Below, one piece after another: positions 36,901 to 51,303 of a DNA stretch of 64,000 nt; position 1 is the stretch's first letter; every line of letters starts with the position of its first letter. The DNA comes from Epiperipatus broadwayi. Its lineage: Eukaryota; Animalia; Onychophora. The notes beneath the pieces were generated by a model, which saw only the letters and a program-made list of their open reading frames with translations, was not told the origin of the DNA and ran no database searches. Location of the stretch: the NCBI GenBank assembly GCA_028023455.1, contig JAQFVV010000010.1:15624001-15688000 (forward strand), in the 5' to 3' direction. A program made the translations under genes and the position numbers.

Positions 36901-38966
36901 CGAAACTAAAGATTAGCGCTTGATTAATTTTAAGGTTTATATTTTAGAAAGTGTTGTGAATGTATCTTTATGAAGCACATCTGTGCATTACACCTTGCTA
37001 TATGTATTTATTAGAATGGGCTTTGGTATAAGGACCACTCCATTACTCTTAGTTCGGACAGCTTTTAAAAATGGGTTTTAGTTTTAAGGGCCACCCCATT
37101 ATCTCTTTAGAACTGAAACATGAGGGTATAAGTTGCTCTGATCACCCGAACTAAATGTTCATGTACTTTGTGATAGCAAGTCATATGGTCCACAGGAACC
37201 GAGTACTTGGTATTGAATCCTCTGAGTAATTGCACATTTGAGTTGTAACCATTATTTAGTTTATGTAGTGCCATAATCTCGGAAGCTCCGCTGCAAAGCG
37301 CCAGTTCGTCTCCCTTAGTATTGTTCAGTTCAGTATTGATCAGGACTCTGGATCTAGTTTATCTATATGATCTACATAGGAAGCACATATATGCTCATTA
37401 TGTAATATTAATAAGTTATAATTAACATGATCATTCTTGTATGTTTAACCTTGGCATGAAATTGTATCAGTCAGGCATAATAACTGTAGAAAGTGTAAAG
37501 ATGAGATTTTGTATCCATCCATTCATCATTATACACCTGCTATGTAACCTCATACAATATTGCCATATTGTTAGTATTGATTTCTTTTAATAAATATATA
37601 TATAATGTATTCACGTTAATAAATATATATATAATGTATTCACGTTTAGTGTCTTATTCATAACTCATTTACCATTCAATTAAATACTTTAAATTATCAT
37701 GTTAGTTTAAGCCCACATATGCGTTATCTAAGCAGCCATAGATGTGTGTTTAGTTATTTATATAGTAATTGAATCATTTATTCCCTGAGTCTCATGTTCC
37801 ACCCTTTTCTATTGCCAGCACATGAACTAGAAGAGTCCGAGTGTAGCCTCATATATGTCATTCATAGGGTAGTAAGTCATGGAGTGTTAGTGGAGGAGTT
37901 GAGGTGCGATCTGATTCGAGCTCTCAACTCCTCATCTAGATCAGCTTTGGTATAATTTGCCAGGACTCTGGATTTTGTTGTATGAATGTGCAAATATGAC
38001 TGTTATATTCACAAGTACTTTTTATGTTGTTGCTTCAAAACAAGTTATCATCATAACTGAGTAGTGTTACTCTTTCATTTTTGGTTTGACTCTTGAACAT
38101 CATTAATAAGTTATAAAGAAAAAAATGCTTTTATAACAAGCTAATCTTTAAGTCAGTGGTTTCTTCAGCATTCAAATTAGCAAAAAGATCACTTACTGAT
38201 TGGGTAAAATTCTTCAATAGTTCTATGAGTCTTCAGACCACTAGTTGCCCTTTTTTTAAGGAAAAAAGAGGCTAAGATTTGAAAAAAAAAACTGGTATTA
38301 TTGATCATGGCCAGTTTCACTATAAATGTCCTCAATTGTATTATGCTGATCAACAATTTCTACAATAGTTAACGATTCAAGTAAAACAGTGTTTGAGAGA
38401 TAAGATACTGTTCATTAGTTAGGAAGAAATGTTTTTTTATGTGCAGGAGAAAAACAAATTGGATGAGTTACAATTGATAGATAAAAAGACTAAACCTAAA
38501 CATGTTATCTTGGATCTATGACTCCATAGCACTGTCAAACTTTCGAAGTTTTAACTTTTTTGTTTGCTAGCTCATATGGATAAGCTACAGCAATTTTGTC
38601 AAATTAAGAAAAAAATGCTGGATATCATATAGTGTTGTGAACTATTCTATTTTAATATTTTTTTTAGCATTAAAAATTCATTTTCTTGACTATCTTCTTA
38701 AGTTTTTCCTTACTACTAATTTGTATTATCTTTAGTTTCAGTATTATAGTTAATGTTGGATGATTGATTTTTGTTTCATATTTTATAGACTTTCATCTTT
38801 GTAATACACTAGTGATTTTATTCTTTTGAGTTGCTGTCATTTAATTCATATTTTTCATTAAAGTTTAAATGAAACTCTTTTTTTTCCCTTTATTTCTAAG
38901 AACATCTACTTTCTGCCTCATGTATTTAATATCAAATATATCAAAGTTATCTTTGCTAATGGCAGT

Positions 38967-39603
38967 TGTTGTGTTTGGTCTGGATTACAGACCCAACCAA
39001 CAGAAAATAATGTAAAATAATACTGAAACAAGTATTACAATTAATATATTTATTATTATGTATAAATATATACACTACAATATATACAAGTGAATGTTTA
39101 CAAGTTGAATATTGGAGTTTAACATAAACTCTGGGTTCTGCCTGCTGCTTCTAGCCACACCTGATGGCTTGCCTCATGGGTAGGGTCTATGACTCTTCCA
39201 GCTGTACAAGAACAGCTTGCCTCGAGCTGAGAGTGGTCTTAGCAGCGTCCGGTCTCTGTGGGACTTGCCTAGCTGCGTAGACTAAATAGCGTAGTGCTAT
39301 CAAAGAGAATACTTGCTGCTGTTTAGGTTAGCAGAGCTTCCCTGGGAGAATGCAAAGAGTCTTTTCAGGTTAGACACATTCTTCCCTAATTCTCACAAGG
39401 GGCTGACTATTTATACCCAGATCCCTGACCTTATTGAAAACCTTCGGATTCAGCAAGCATCGTTGCTTATTGGCCTGTAATAATCATTGGCTATGCTTTT
39501 ATATATACATCAGCCTATTGGCCTGTGGCAAACAATGCTTGATCCGATCAGATAAGGAGGCATCTGGAATAGTCTACTTCTGAGAGAAGGGAGGACTATA
39601 ACA
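38967..39603 (-). mobile_element. Solo LTR, 637 bp, 5-bp TSD
   Basis: TGTT...AACA termini flanked by GCAGT on both sides (38962-38966, 39604-39608). A TATA-like GGGTATAAATAG is on the minus strand at ~39408-39419. Confidence 0.85.
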
Positions 39604-39935
39604 GCAGTTTTTTTAAATTTTATTTGTTACTATTTGAAATTTCTTCTGCAGTTTTTACTCAGGAATATTTTCTTCTTTACCTAATTTATTATCTTTGTAA
39701 GACTAATACTAAATGTTACCCTGAATAAACAATTTTTATATAAAATTCTTTCCACACAATTTAATGTAATTGTATTTGGCTCAGAGAATCATGGGAATTC
39801 TATAAAATATCTATCTTTAATTATATATGTAACACTATATAATAGACATTTATTTTTGATTTATTATAAATCTATTAAAATTAAAACATATTTAATAACT
39901 TATTAAAATGATAGCAAAAATATAAATAATCTCAC

Positions 39936-40133
39936 TTCATTTTCTGTAACTGGTATTTTATCAATCCCTTGGGTAATAGATTTCCATGATCTTGCCGTAA
40001 TCATACAAGCAAACATACTCCATAGAGATTCTGTTCCAAGTTGTTGTGCATAATATTTAATGCCATCTAAATCTGCTTTGATGAGAGCTAGCCACAAATG
40101 ACAATACTTCAAACGGAAGTCATTTGTTAAAGT
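39936..40133 (-). CDS. ADCK1: ADCK1 internal exon, 198 nt
   Basis: TAG|ACT...GAA|GTGAG; TLTNDFRLKYCHLWLALI...MFACMITARSW...PVTENE. Confidence 0.95.
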
Positions 40134-40234
40134 CTACATACACATCATATATATACAAAAAATTAAGATATTTAATAGCAATTATACAAGCAATTCAAAT
40201 TTAGTGAATATTTTTAAATAACACAAATAATTAC

Positions 40235-40381
40235 CGTATAAAGACCATGATCTAATAGAACTATCTTTGTGCCCTGTGATGGTGACTTATAAACAAGAAT
40301 ATTGCCAGGGTGAGGGTCACAATGAATATAACCTTGGACAAATATCATCTCACTATACAACTTTCCCAAACATTTTGTTAC
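40235..40381 (-). CDS. ADCK1: ADCK1 internal exon, 147 nt, catalytic loop and DHG motif
   Basis: TAG|GTA...ACG|GTAAT; LGKLYSEMIFVQGYIHCDPHPGNILV...VLLDHGLY. Confidence 0.96.
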
Positions 40382-40500
40382 CTACATAATAAAAACAGAA
40401 CTATATCCATCTATTTATCTTTCTCACTCTCTCTCTCTATATTTATATATAGATATATTATATGTATTAATAAGATTGTTAACAATTGTAATATATATAT

Positions 40501-42731
40501 TGTAACGGGCACATACGACGTTACATTATTTTTTTTATTATTAAACATGAAAAAAATAAAAGTTCGCAAATAAAACTTCTTTTTTAAGAATTAAAAATTG
40601 AAAATTAAAATTCTATACTAAACTCATATATATTTAAAATCGCACAGATGAGAAATTAAAAAAAAGAAACTTTATTAAAAAAAAGAAAAAGTATTTTAAA
40701 ACTAAATTGTCAGTAAAGATTTAAAGATAAAAATATATCTAAGTTTGTACAAAACAAATTAATTAATGTTATTGAAAAAAAATGGAAATGATTATTTTAA
40801 TTAGTCCAAGTGAACTAGCCCTTGGGCATTTAAATGTATAAGCAACGGTCAGATAGGAAAACAATAGAAACTAATGGCCAATGAAAGAAATCCATCGGGA
40901 AATCGGACCTCAATGGAAGGATCATCATCATCGATGATGTAATGTCCATTGGATCCTAAAGTTACATATAAAAGAAAAAGTTTGGAAATAAAATGGTTAG
41001 TGAGTCAAGAAAATTTAAGAGAAGACGGAAATGTATTAAGTCGGAGAGTTGGAGGTGAAGGGATTGAAAGACGCACTTTCAATTCCTTCAGTTGTTATAA
41101 AAAAAAAGAAAATGAAACATCGCTTTTCCTAAAAGAGGACCACAGGATCATCGGGGGATTTAACGATGAATAAATAAAACAGCCAACAGAATACCAATCT
41201 CTTTAGGACGGCATGGGAATTCACGTTCAAACGGCAAGCAACGGATGAAAAGGAACGTTTTAAAATCGTAAGAACTTTATGAACTCTAAGCTTTAAATAC
41301 ATTTCTAAAACTCCAGTATACTAAACAATAAGAACTTTAATTCTAAAACTTGTTCCGTATTTAAAATAATTGCAATAGAATCCTATCTGACCAACTTAAT
41401 TTATTAATAAGTAATTTTATTTAATGTATTTCTTTTGTAAAATCATTTCCATTTATTTATTTATTTTTTTTGTTCTTTAAGTTTTATTATGATTTCTGTT
41501 TTTCGTTAAACTAAATTATATAAATGTTAAATTTAAGTCGGGTGTGAATGGCTATATAGATTTGTAAAGTTATATTAGGGGAGGGTAATCTTAGGTTATT
41601 CATTCCGTAGTTGAATTAGGTCAATGGATTGGATATATTGGTGTAATTAGTAGATGTAGTATGAGATTCGCTACGGGCAGAATCGCTTTATACGCCGCAC
41701 ACTCTCGTTTTGCCTATGGAAGGAATTATAAGACGGAGACCTCAGTTCCTTTCTATGGAGTTTTTTTTTTATTGCTCTTCTCATCAGATAGATGTAGTAT
41801 TCCTATCTGGACAAGAGTCAATTTCTTCTCTTAACCTAATTGTGCTGTCATATTCGTATTACATTGAATACATCAATATATCAGATGGATTGACGTTGGT
41901 TTAACTGCAAAATTTTGGCCTAAGGTTAAATAAGGGATAAAATATTTTCTTTTCAAATGCAATCCATGTAGTCTATTCATACTCGACACTCTAAATAAAA
42001 ATGCATTAAATTTGAGTTGGTATAGACGCTTGCATGGATTCGTTATCGGTTAATTATGTTTTGATTTTCATATTTGATCAGAATATATAGACATTCGGTA
42101 AATAATGATACCTTATGGTGAGTATCTAAAATGTATTTATTCGGATGTCTTTTAAGTTATTGGTATCAATGCGGCATTTATGATGAATGCCATTGGGTTT
42201 CTTATGAATTTCCCTCTGCAATTCCATCAATGACTTTATATTTTGATCGTTTATGTTTATTTTGAAATGTTTTTGACCGCGTAATCTGTGTAACCGATCT
42301 ATACTCAACATTATAAAACAAACTTTTATAAATCCATCTGTGCAAACTTATAAAAAATAAAAATGTAAATTAAAATCTAAAATAAAAGTTAAAAATGTAA
42401 GTTAAATTTTAAAATGCTAAAGTAAACATACTAAAATAATAATGTTAAATTTTATATATATGTGCGTAAATAAATGTTTGTGTGTTAATTACTGGCAGTG
42501 GCTTATTTTATTCTTTTTTTAAAAATATTCTTAGATAAGAATTTATTATAAAATATAAATCTCTGCTGTTTCACTGAGCTAGTGACAATGGGCTAACGAC
42601 CGGATTCAACCAATAAAAAAATTTTTTTTTTTAACTTACGTATCTGCCTACTATATAAAATTTCTAGGTTCAAATGCCTAGTGGTGCCCTGTAGTGTAGA
42701 TACGTTAAGTCGCCTATTCCGGATCGTTATA
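40501..42731 (+). mobile_element. Probable large solo LTR (or TGT-ended element) inserted in a (TA)n tract
   Basis: Ends TGTAACG (40501) and CGTTATA (42725-42731, one change from CGTTACA), both flanked by ATATAT. CpG-richer than its surroundings, with a TATA-like TATAAAAG near 40967. No coding homology was seen. Confidence 0.5.
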
Positions 42732-43951
42732 ATATATATATACAATTCAAATTATATGTCTGTCTTAAAGAAATTTTAATTATGAAAATAGATTTGAATT
42801 TATAATTAATTTTCAATTTCTTATTTAGCTAGCTTAACGTTCAAATACAATTCAAAATCTAATTTAACTGGTCTTCATCACTTGAAAAATATCCAATAAA
42901 TGAATGTGGTAACCCTGAGTGGTTATAAATATATATAATCTAATTCTTTTATTAATTATAATATAGTGAAATCTATATTGAATTTCCCTTTTCTTATTGT
43001 TACAGTCCATTATTAAAGTCTGTATCTTTATTTGAATAGTCTTCTCCACCCACTCTTAATTATCTTATTCATATTTGCAATAGGGAGCTACAATAATGGA
43101 TGATGTTAGTGACAATTATCAGTTATTTTAATCTGCATGGAAGAAACTAATCATAATTTCTCTCAAATATGTCGAAAATTTTAAAAATATACAGAATACC
43201 ATCCATATGATTGTTAGGAGTAGACATTGGTTTGATGACACTTAATAATAATAATTATTGTAATATTTGATATAAATAAAAAAAGAGAAAGAATTGTAAT
43301 ATTATTTTCAATTTTCATACATATACTTAAAATTGTAAAGTGTTCAATAAAATTTATGATGTAGCTCTTAAAATGGAAAGATGCTAGAATAAATAATATT
43401 AAGAAATGATATTGTTCAAGTATTATTATTTAATTGTAGTATCTATTATCTAGTTACCTTTATTAACTTTCATAAAGAAAACTTAATGTACACACTAATA
43501 TTTCATTAAAATATTATAAAATAGATTAAAATATATCTTAGTTTCCATTTATCCTAATTAATTTAGGAATTAGTTTAATATTTAGGATCAATTTAAATAA
43601 ATTAGATCGTAAATAAAGAAGGGGATTCCATCTTTATTGTTAAAAAGGGGTTGCCTTGCCAACAGTTTAAGATTATTGATTGTTATTGATATTGGGATTG
43701 TCTAAATGTTGATTGGTTTTTACTGAATATAAAACTAGTATGCTCTAATATCAATTTAAGTAAAGAGGAAAAATTAGTTAAAATTTTTAGTATATGTTAA
43801 GTACAAATTATCATATAAATACACCATTAACAATGATTTATTTAATAATATAAATAATAATATAAAAATATAAAAAAAAATATTTATTTTTACTATAAAG
43901 AATGAAATTTATGTATAACAACTTATAAGATTTAAAAGAAATCTTAATATA

Positions 43952-45860
43952 TTAAATTTTATTTAATCTACTGAGCTTATCAGTAAAATCATTTATAACA
44001 CTATCAAAATTTAAATTTTTTGCAAATTCATGCTCTATAGATATTATTACCAGGGCGACAAACATTCTTGAGACATAGAAGATCGCAAATAGATTTTTAT
44101 TAATTTTAATTTGGAAAATGGCCTTTCTGCTGATGTGACTATAACTGAAGTGGGCAATAATATTTGGATAAATATCTGACAAATTATTTCAAATTATAAA
44201 TTTTAAACTATTAAAAGGTGCATCTTCTGGAACAATATTTCTAAAAATAATTAATTCATTGTAAAATTCAGATTCATCATACCTGTACTTAATTTTTGGT
44301 ACAGCTATTTGCAGCAAAATTTTAATTCATTTTCTGTTATTTTTCTTATTAATTTCATATCATAAAGAAATCTGAATGATTTTTCATGAATTTCATGTCT
44401 TTTTTTTTTTTGACAAATTTTAGAGCAGTATTTAAAATTACAAAAAAGGAAATTTATTCTAAAATTATCTATCTTATCATCAATGTGTGATTTATCAGGC
44501 TTTCATAATCAAAAAATACCTTTCTTCGGCATACTCAACTTTCTTTAAATTTAATTTCTATTTCTAACAGATTTACATTCTTTATCAATCTCAAAACAGC
44601 TATCAAATCTTGACATTACTCTTCAAACTACTGCACTAAATCTTTAATATGCTTAGTTGCTATATCTATGGGAATTTTTGCATTCTATAATACAGTACTT
44701 TACTTACAACATTAACTTTTGACCAAAAACTCATACAAAATTACAAGGCTTAATGTAAACTCAAATGAATCTATTTGTTTCATATATTAAAACTACTTCT
44801 ACTTTGATAGTATTATCTGTTGCAGTTTTAGATAATTATTTTAGTACATTTAATAATTCTGGAATTTGAAAACATACAGCTCTATTTTACATTCTCATCT
44901 TGTATCACATAATGGTTCTGGAGTTGATTGTTTAATAAATTTCCCAACGTAAAGTTGAGACAGCAAATAATGTATATATTTTTTGTATAACATTAAAAAA
45001 TTTATTACCATAATTGACAAGCTTGTGTCAACCCTTAAAATCAAATTTATAATAGATGCAAGGAGTATAAAATACCTTTTCGTTTTCACTAAAATGTAAG
45101 CGCGGACTCCGTTTGAAACTCCTTTCATATTTACTTCGTTATCAAACCCTTGACTGCTACAATCTGATAATTTAAGATTTAATTTATTCAAAAGTGATTT
45201 TATATTTTCAAAAAGTGTTCATTAATTTCATTATCTACTTCAAATCTAAAAATTATTGAAATTTGTTCCTGATAACTAATATCAGGAATCCAATCAAAAA
45301 TTATTGAATATTACTTTGTCTGTTGTATTATATTTTCAAATTTTGTTGAATTTTGATTCTCATATCAACAATTAATTCATTTTGCACAATCAGTGATAAA
45401 TACGAATTTTGTTTCTTATCTATAATTTTTTTTTCTGAACATTGCATTAAATGATCATTTAAAAGTGGATCAAATTCTGCAATTAATTCTATGATTCTTA
45501 AAAAAAATTACCATTATGAGTTGTGTACAAAGTATCAAAATTACTTCTAAAAGCTAAATTATGTTCAGATAATTAAAAAATTGTTGCTACTATTCGTCTT
45601 AAACCATTTCTTAACTGTTCATCATCAAATCTAGGTTGTTCTTTTGATTGACTTGGGTCTAAGATCTTCATCAGATAATTTGTACTAATCATAGTAAAAA
45701 TCTTATATACAACTAATATATTTCTTAATTTCTTTTTCTGTCTTTTGTAATCAATATCACAATTACATTCTTTCAATCATCAGCTATGTTCTTATCGCTT
45801 GATAGCTTTGCCACCAATTATTCTTTCTCCTCCTTTTTTTTCAAATTATTTTCATCATTT
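43952..45860 (-). pseudogene. hAT-superfamily transposase remnant (ZMYM1/DUF4371-like)
   Basis: Minus-strand segments 'LRRIVATI...HNGNF', 'LSDCSSQGFDNEVNMKGVSNGV' (cf. CRGQGYDNGANMKG) and 'ALVIISIEHEFAKNLNFDSVINDF' (hAT dimerisation domain). Many stops and frameshifts; TIRs not found. Confidence 0.8.
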
Positions 45861-45929
45861 TTTGGAATTTTTCCATTCTTCACAGATATAAATGCACATA
45901 AACATTTCTTTATTTAAAATGTAGCATTT

Positions 45930-47200
45930 CAATTGATGTTACTATAATTGAATGGGATTATTTTGTTTTTCTATTTTTTATTTAGATCTTTGTAGAATTT
46001 TTTCACTCAGATAATAACTGTAATTTTAGTAATGTTTTTCTCATTGCTTAAATATCTTTTTTCCAATTTATATTATATATATATATAATTGTGATTTTTA
46101 ACAGTTTATATAGCTTTCCTCGTTATTTCAGTTATATTTCCTAAATCAGCATTAATTCTTTTATGTAGCGGAATACTAGAAATTCAGTTTTTCTAAATGT
46201 ACCATTTTTAATTATTTTCATCTCTCTTTTCTCTTGCATACATTATCTTGTCTCAACAACAAGGTTATTAATGAATTGCTATATTTTTATTCCTGCTATC
46301 TATGTAGCAGTTCCTAATAAGATAGTTGCTTTATCTTTTTGATATTGTTTAACTCTAAACCATTTTCAAGGCCAGCCAACATTTTAAAATTATGTATTAT
46401 TTCTAGTTTAAATTCATTAAGTAATATTTTTCTTAATAGCTTTCAGCTTTCTAGTTTGTATTAACATCCTTAGCTTAGTTGTCACTATTTGATGATTATT
46501 TCTTGTGTTAAATCAATTAATATATTACAATCTTCAAATACGTATTTTCTCTTCATTAAAATAAAATCAATTTCTTTTATGCTTTTAAGCGAATGCTATG
46601 ACGATGTTCTTTTTTTTTTTATGGATTTTTCTCAAAAATGAGTCCACAATGTAGAGTTTTTATTTTTTTCATAAATTCCACAAATCTATGTTCTCTATTA
46701 TTATTATTTCCACATATTCTAATTTATTCATGGTACTTTCATTTTTAGCATTTAAATCTACCACAACAATTTTAAAATATTATTTGGTCTGTTCAAAAGC
46801 ACTGAGATATCTATGCAGACTTCTACTTTTTCATCAAAGCAAAAATTTGTTTGATTGCATAAATTTGAATATTTGGCGTTTACTATCTTTTATTAAGTTA
46901 AATAACTCATCTTATTACTTTATTTGATATAATCTCCACAGAATAGTTCTTCCATTTTTTATTTATAATAAAATTACTTACATTTCTGATATTTGTGCCT
47001 TTATAATAAAGTAAATGTCAACTATTTTGACATAAATAGCTTGTCTTTCAATATTTGCAACATTCTTTTACATAAAGTATATTTAGAGTTAAAATTGACT
47101 AATAAAAAGGTCAATACTAAACACATGATTCTTATTGCCACCTTCCTTCAATCACTAACTGCAACCTTGGCTGAAGACAGTTTACCTTGATAAGAGTTTG
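45930..47200 (-). mobile_element. RTE LINE 5'/endonuclease fragment
   Basis: Homologous to 8880-10200 in the opposite orientation, with 'LLYYKG...FIINKKWKN' and 'IVVVDLNAK' (cf. GDFNAK). Confidence 0.65.
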
Positions 47201-47989
47201 AAATTCTTAATTGTTATTGATAGTGGAATTGTTTAAGTGTTGACTAGTTTTTAATGAAGATATGACATCTATAATTTATTTTATTCATCCCTATAATGTA
47301 AATTCAATATTTCTTGAACTAACACCAAATATATAAAAAGAAAAATCATAGTGTTATCCTGTATTAAATTCAAAGATAAAAGTTATTAAACTCACCATAA
47401 AGGCTTCTGCATGATGATGAGTAAGCCAATCATATTTGCTCACCATATAATCACTCACTTGATAGTCAATTGTAAATCTAATACTGGTTAAATATCATTT
47501 GTCAAAAAAAAAAGACTCAATAAAAAATCAAATGGAGAGAATACTTTGGACGATCTGAGAATTTTATCTTATTTTTGGCAAATGTGTATAAATTCAAATG
47601 ATTCTTATACAACTAGTACTATTGCTCATAAATATACTTTCTGTCTGCTAATATTGAAGATAATAATTGAGCATTATTTTCTAAATAAATTAACAGATTA
47701 AATTTATTTAAAAAAATAAACAATATTATTATATTAAGCTGCAGAAAGGGGTTTGCTGTTAAGCGAAAGGAAAATTTCTAATATCCATTCTATATATTCT
47801 TGTCATTGCAGCTATCATTACTATGTGATTATTTATACAGTAGATAACTGTGGATGGTGATTTACATCAGCTAGTATTGTTAATTTATTGACTTTTTACC
47901 TCTGAGTTTAAGATCAAGAGATATTATGAACTGAAATATCAGTTGAATTTTCTTGAAAGTCGGATGAATGTGTATATGAATTATCTTTT

Positions 47990-48225
47990 CTTTTTTGGGC
48001 TGAACATATTTCTAGAAAAAATGATAATAGATGAACAATTGAAGTCGTCCAACAAATTGTAAAAAACCTAGAAAGAGATCATATGACATGAATGGATAAA
48101 ATAATGAAATTTGCTGGTGTGCTGTGGAAAAGAGAAACTAAAGATTGAAAATGAATTAAACTTGGAAAAACCTTTATCCTATAGTGGATCAATAATGGTT
48201 GAAAATAATGATGATGACTGTCATA
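47990..48225 (+). mobile_element. RTE LINE 3' end fragment
   Basis: 'WAEHISRKNDNR*' followed by a GATGATGAC tail. Confidence 0.6.
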
Positions 48226-48314
48226 ACTGTCAAAAAATAAAATGGAATTATTAAACAATAATTAATAGTACTTAATTCTGTATATCTCTATATATCAAAT
48301 AATAATATTCTTAC

Positions 48315-48431
48315 TTCAATTGTGGAAATGTTATTCTCTTCCATGTATTTAAGATCATCCACTTTACCACCTTCACAAAATTCCATTGTTAAGACTCTTT
48401 CCGAGGATAAATCCCAAAAAATTTTTGGAAC
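48315..48431 (-). CDS. ADCK1: ADCK1 internal exon, 117 nt
   Basis: TAG|GTT...GAA|GTAAG; VPKIFWDLSSERVLTMEFCEGGKVDDLKYMEENNISTIE. Confidence 0.96.
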
Positions 48432-50105
48432 CTACAAAACAAACAAAAAAAAAGCAAATGAAAGTTCAAAAGTTGACTGTAAACAATTAACAAATATAAT
48501 TTATTATTATTATTTTTTTGTCTTTTTTAATGAAATGTGATAGCAAACTGTCAGAGATAATGATGATCAAATGTTTTCATTACTTGATAGCAATGATCTT
48601 TCCATCTGATTCTTGAAAATCTGCTTTCCAACACACTATTTAGAATTTGCTTACTAATTAAAGTAAAAATTATGCACCTTATAAAATAATTGGGAAAAAA
48701 AACTTACATGATTGGTTTTTTGAAGAAAATTTTGTACCCGAGAATTTTAATTAATAAAGAAATGACTAATATTTGTCACTAAATCTATAATAGGTTTTTA
48801 TAATTTCAGATTAAAAAGATAAAGTTAAACTGTGAGTTCATCGCTCATAAAAAATCGCTCATAAAAATATAATATTGTTTTTATCAGTAATGAAGGTTGC
48901 ATAGTTTAGTGTCTTTATTCTCAAGTTAAGAATAATTTCATTAAAAATAAAATATATTTTATCCATATAAAATATTTCCATTATTTATGATGAAATTTTA
49001 AATATAAAATTCTAGAATAGATTTAGAACTATGATATGCAACAGCAAATTATCAACGATAATACAAATGGATTACTAGCTTAGGCGCTAGTACCCAAAAA
49101 TAGGTACACGGTCATAGTGCATATTGATTTACATACTTTTTAGATTCAGTTTAAATTATTTATTATATACTTTTTTAAATGTGAAATTTACTGTTAAATC
49201 TATTTTTTAGAGAAAGTAATCTCTGACCATATGACCTAATCAATACTACATACTTATTTTCGATCCACCCTGCATTTTAGAAATTAAAATTTATAATACT
49301 GTTATATTCATACAATCTATTTAATTCTGATATGGATTATACGGTGAATAAGAACAATTCTACATAAACATCATAAAAGAAAAAGATAGATTGCATTCTG
49401 GCTTTATTAAATTTACTGAATGAGATACATAATGATATATTTAACATAGATCTGAAGATGGATTAGATTTATTTCATATAGTTGCATTAAATAAATGGAT
49501 ATTATTAATCTGCCTCATTTAATATTGTGATCAAAAAAATATCTAGATAAGTGTTGTGCTGATAATTTCTTTAAAAAACAACAACAATTATTTTGTTTGG
49601 TGTTGTTTCTAAAAAATATATGTAATTTAATACACTGTACAGGCTTATACACACCTGCACATATATACTGTAATATGAGATGGCATGGAGAGTTAAGGGT
49701 CGTGTGAAAGTCTTCCGAATCCCTTATATAAAATATATATGATAATTTAATATATTCACTTCTATTGAACGACAAGATACTTGTCTATTTTATATGAGCT
49801 ATAAAATTTCACACTATACTTTCACTATAGCATAATTACTGCATTATATATTATTTTTCCCACCATATCTCAAAATACATACCATAAATATAAATCTCCA
49901 TACTAATAGAATGCAAAATCTAAATTTATTTAATAATGCATGGATAAATTTGCATGAAAGGTTTTTATCTTTTTGAAATATATAAGTTGCCAGTTGCATT
50001 ATGTTATATTGTGTATAAAAAATGTGCTCGATTTTTTTTTTAGGCAAGTGCATATCCATAATACCTGAATGTTTTCATTATTATAAAATACATACCTAAA
50101 CTCGC

Positions 50106-50410
50106 CATACAGTAGCACCACTAAGTGCAAGCCAGAGTAATCAATGGATGCAAGAAGATTTGTGCATGAAATCCCATTTAAGATTTAGATGTAGTGCTCT
50201 CAGATTCAAGGCTCCTCACTGATGAAAGCCACAAGCTAGATACTAGTATGGGGATATTGGATGAATAGGCACTAGATGGGGATTTTATGCACAAACCTTC
50301 TTGTATCCATTGATTACTCTAGCTTGTACTTAGTGGCTCTACTGTATGGAGAGTTTAACCTCTACAAACAGCTTGGGTGCAAGCAAAAAGAATAGTGACC
50401 ATGTAATATT
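50106..50410. mobile_element. Fold-back HHR repeat family, copy 3; HHR motif on + at 50213-50254 (A14 mutated)
   Basis: Inverted arms at ~50106-50177 and ~50276-50348. The motif reads TCCTCA-CTGATGA-AAGC(CACAA)GCTA-GATAC-TA-GTA|TGGGGA. Confidence 0.75.
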
Positions 50411-51303
50411 ATAAAATAATTGTTCAAAAATAATAAATGTTTATACTTAAAGCTCTTGCAGATCAACAATCTATTAAATAGCAAATTCTTAATAATTATT
50501 TTACTTTGCGCTAAGAAAAAGCAACTATTTTATGCCTTTCCTCGGAATTTTAAAGCAAAAAATTCATAATTCCTGTGACTATTTTCCTATTTAAAAATCA
50601 CCAAAAACTTGTTAGGAACATTTTAACAATTCAAACTTTTGAAAAAAAAATTTAAACTCATACATGTGGATAGTAATGATGATATGAAAATAGTAGTTAA
50701 GACACTACACACCCTATAATAAATGCCTGTGTTGATGATGATAAAAACCAATATTGAACACTGCATGATCTGATCTTATTTTAAAAAAGTCGAAATGCAT
50801 AAACCAAACTTAGTACCACAAGACTCTTTTTTTTACATTAAACATTAACAGATTTATACATGAGTAATACTGAATAGCAAACAAAATTTCTAACTAGTTA
50901 TTGACTATTGTCTTTTATCACTTTACATAGCTATACAAAACACTGACTTGGGGAACTGTTGCAAGACTTGAATTTGAATGATATAAATAAAATAAAGATA
51001 GCTTCTGAATGGATAGTGCAATCAAATTCTATCCATTTATAAAAACAAACAGTCAAATTTCTCAATGACATCTAGTATCTCTTAATTTTATTCAATGTTT
51101 AAATGGAATGGTTCAATGTGAACAATGTTAAAAAATAATTTATAATTATTTAGCACTGATTAATTAATTTTTAAACAATCTGCAAAGACAAATGATTTAG
51201 CTTTTTATTTGAGAAATTATTCTTTATTTAACAAAAGTGAATAGTATTTATTACATTTATTTATGTTTGTTTCCGACTCATGATCTGTGTATTTAAATAT
51301 ATA

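Noticed and set aside
40800-40830. Helitron 3' end (GCCC-AA-GGGC hairpin then CTAA on minus)
   Set aside because: The hairpin is only 4 bp and the site lies inside a probable LTR.
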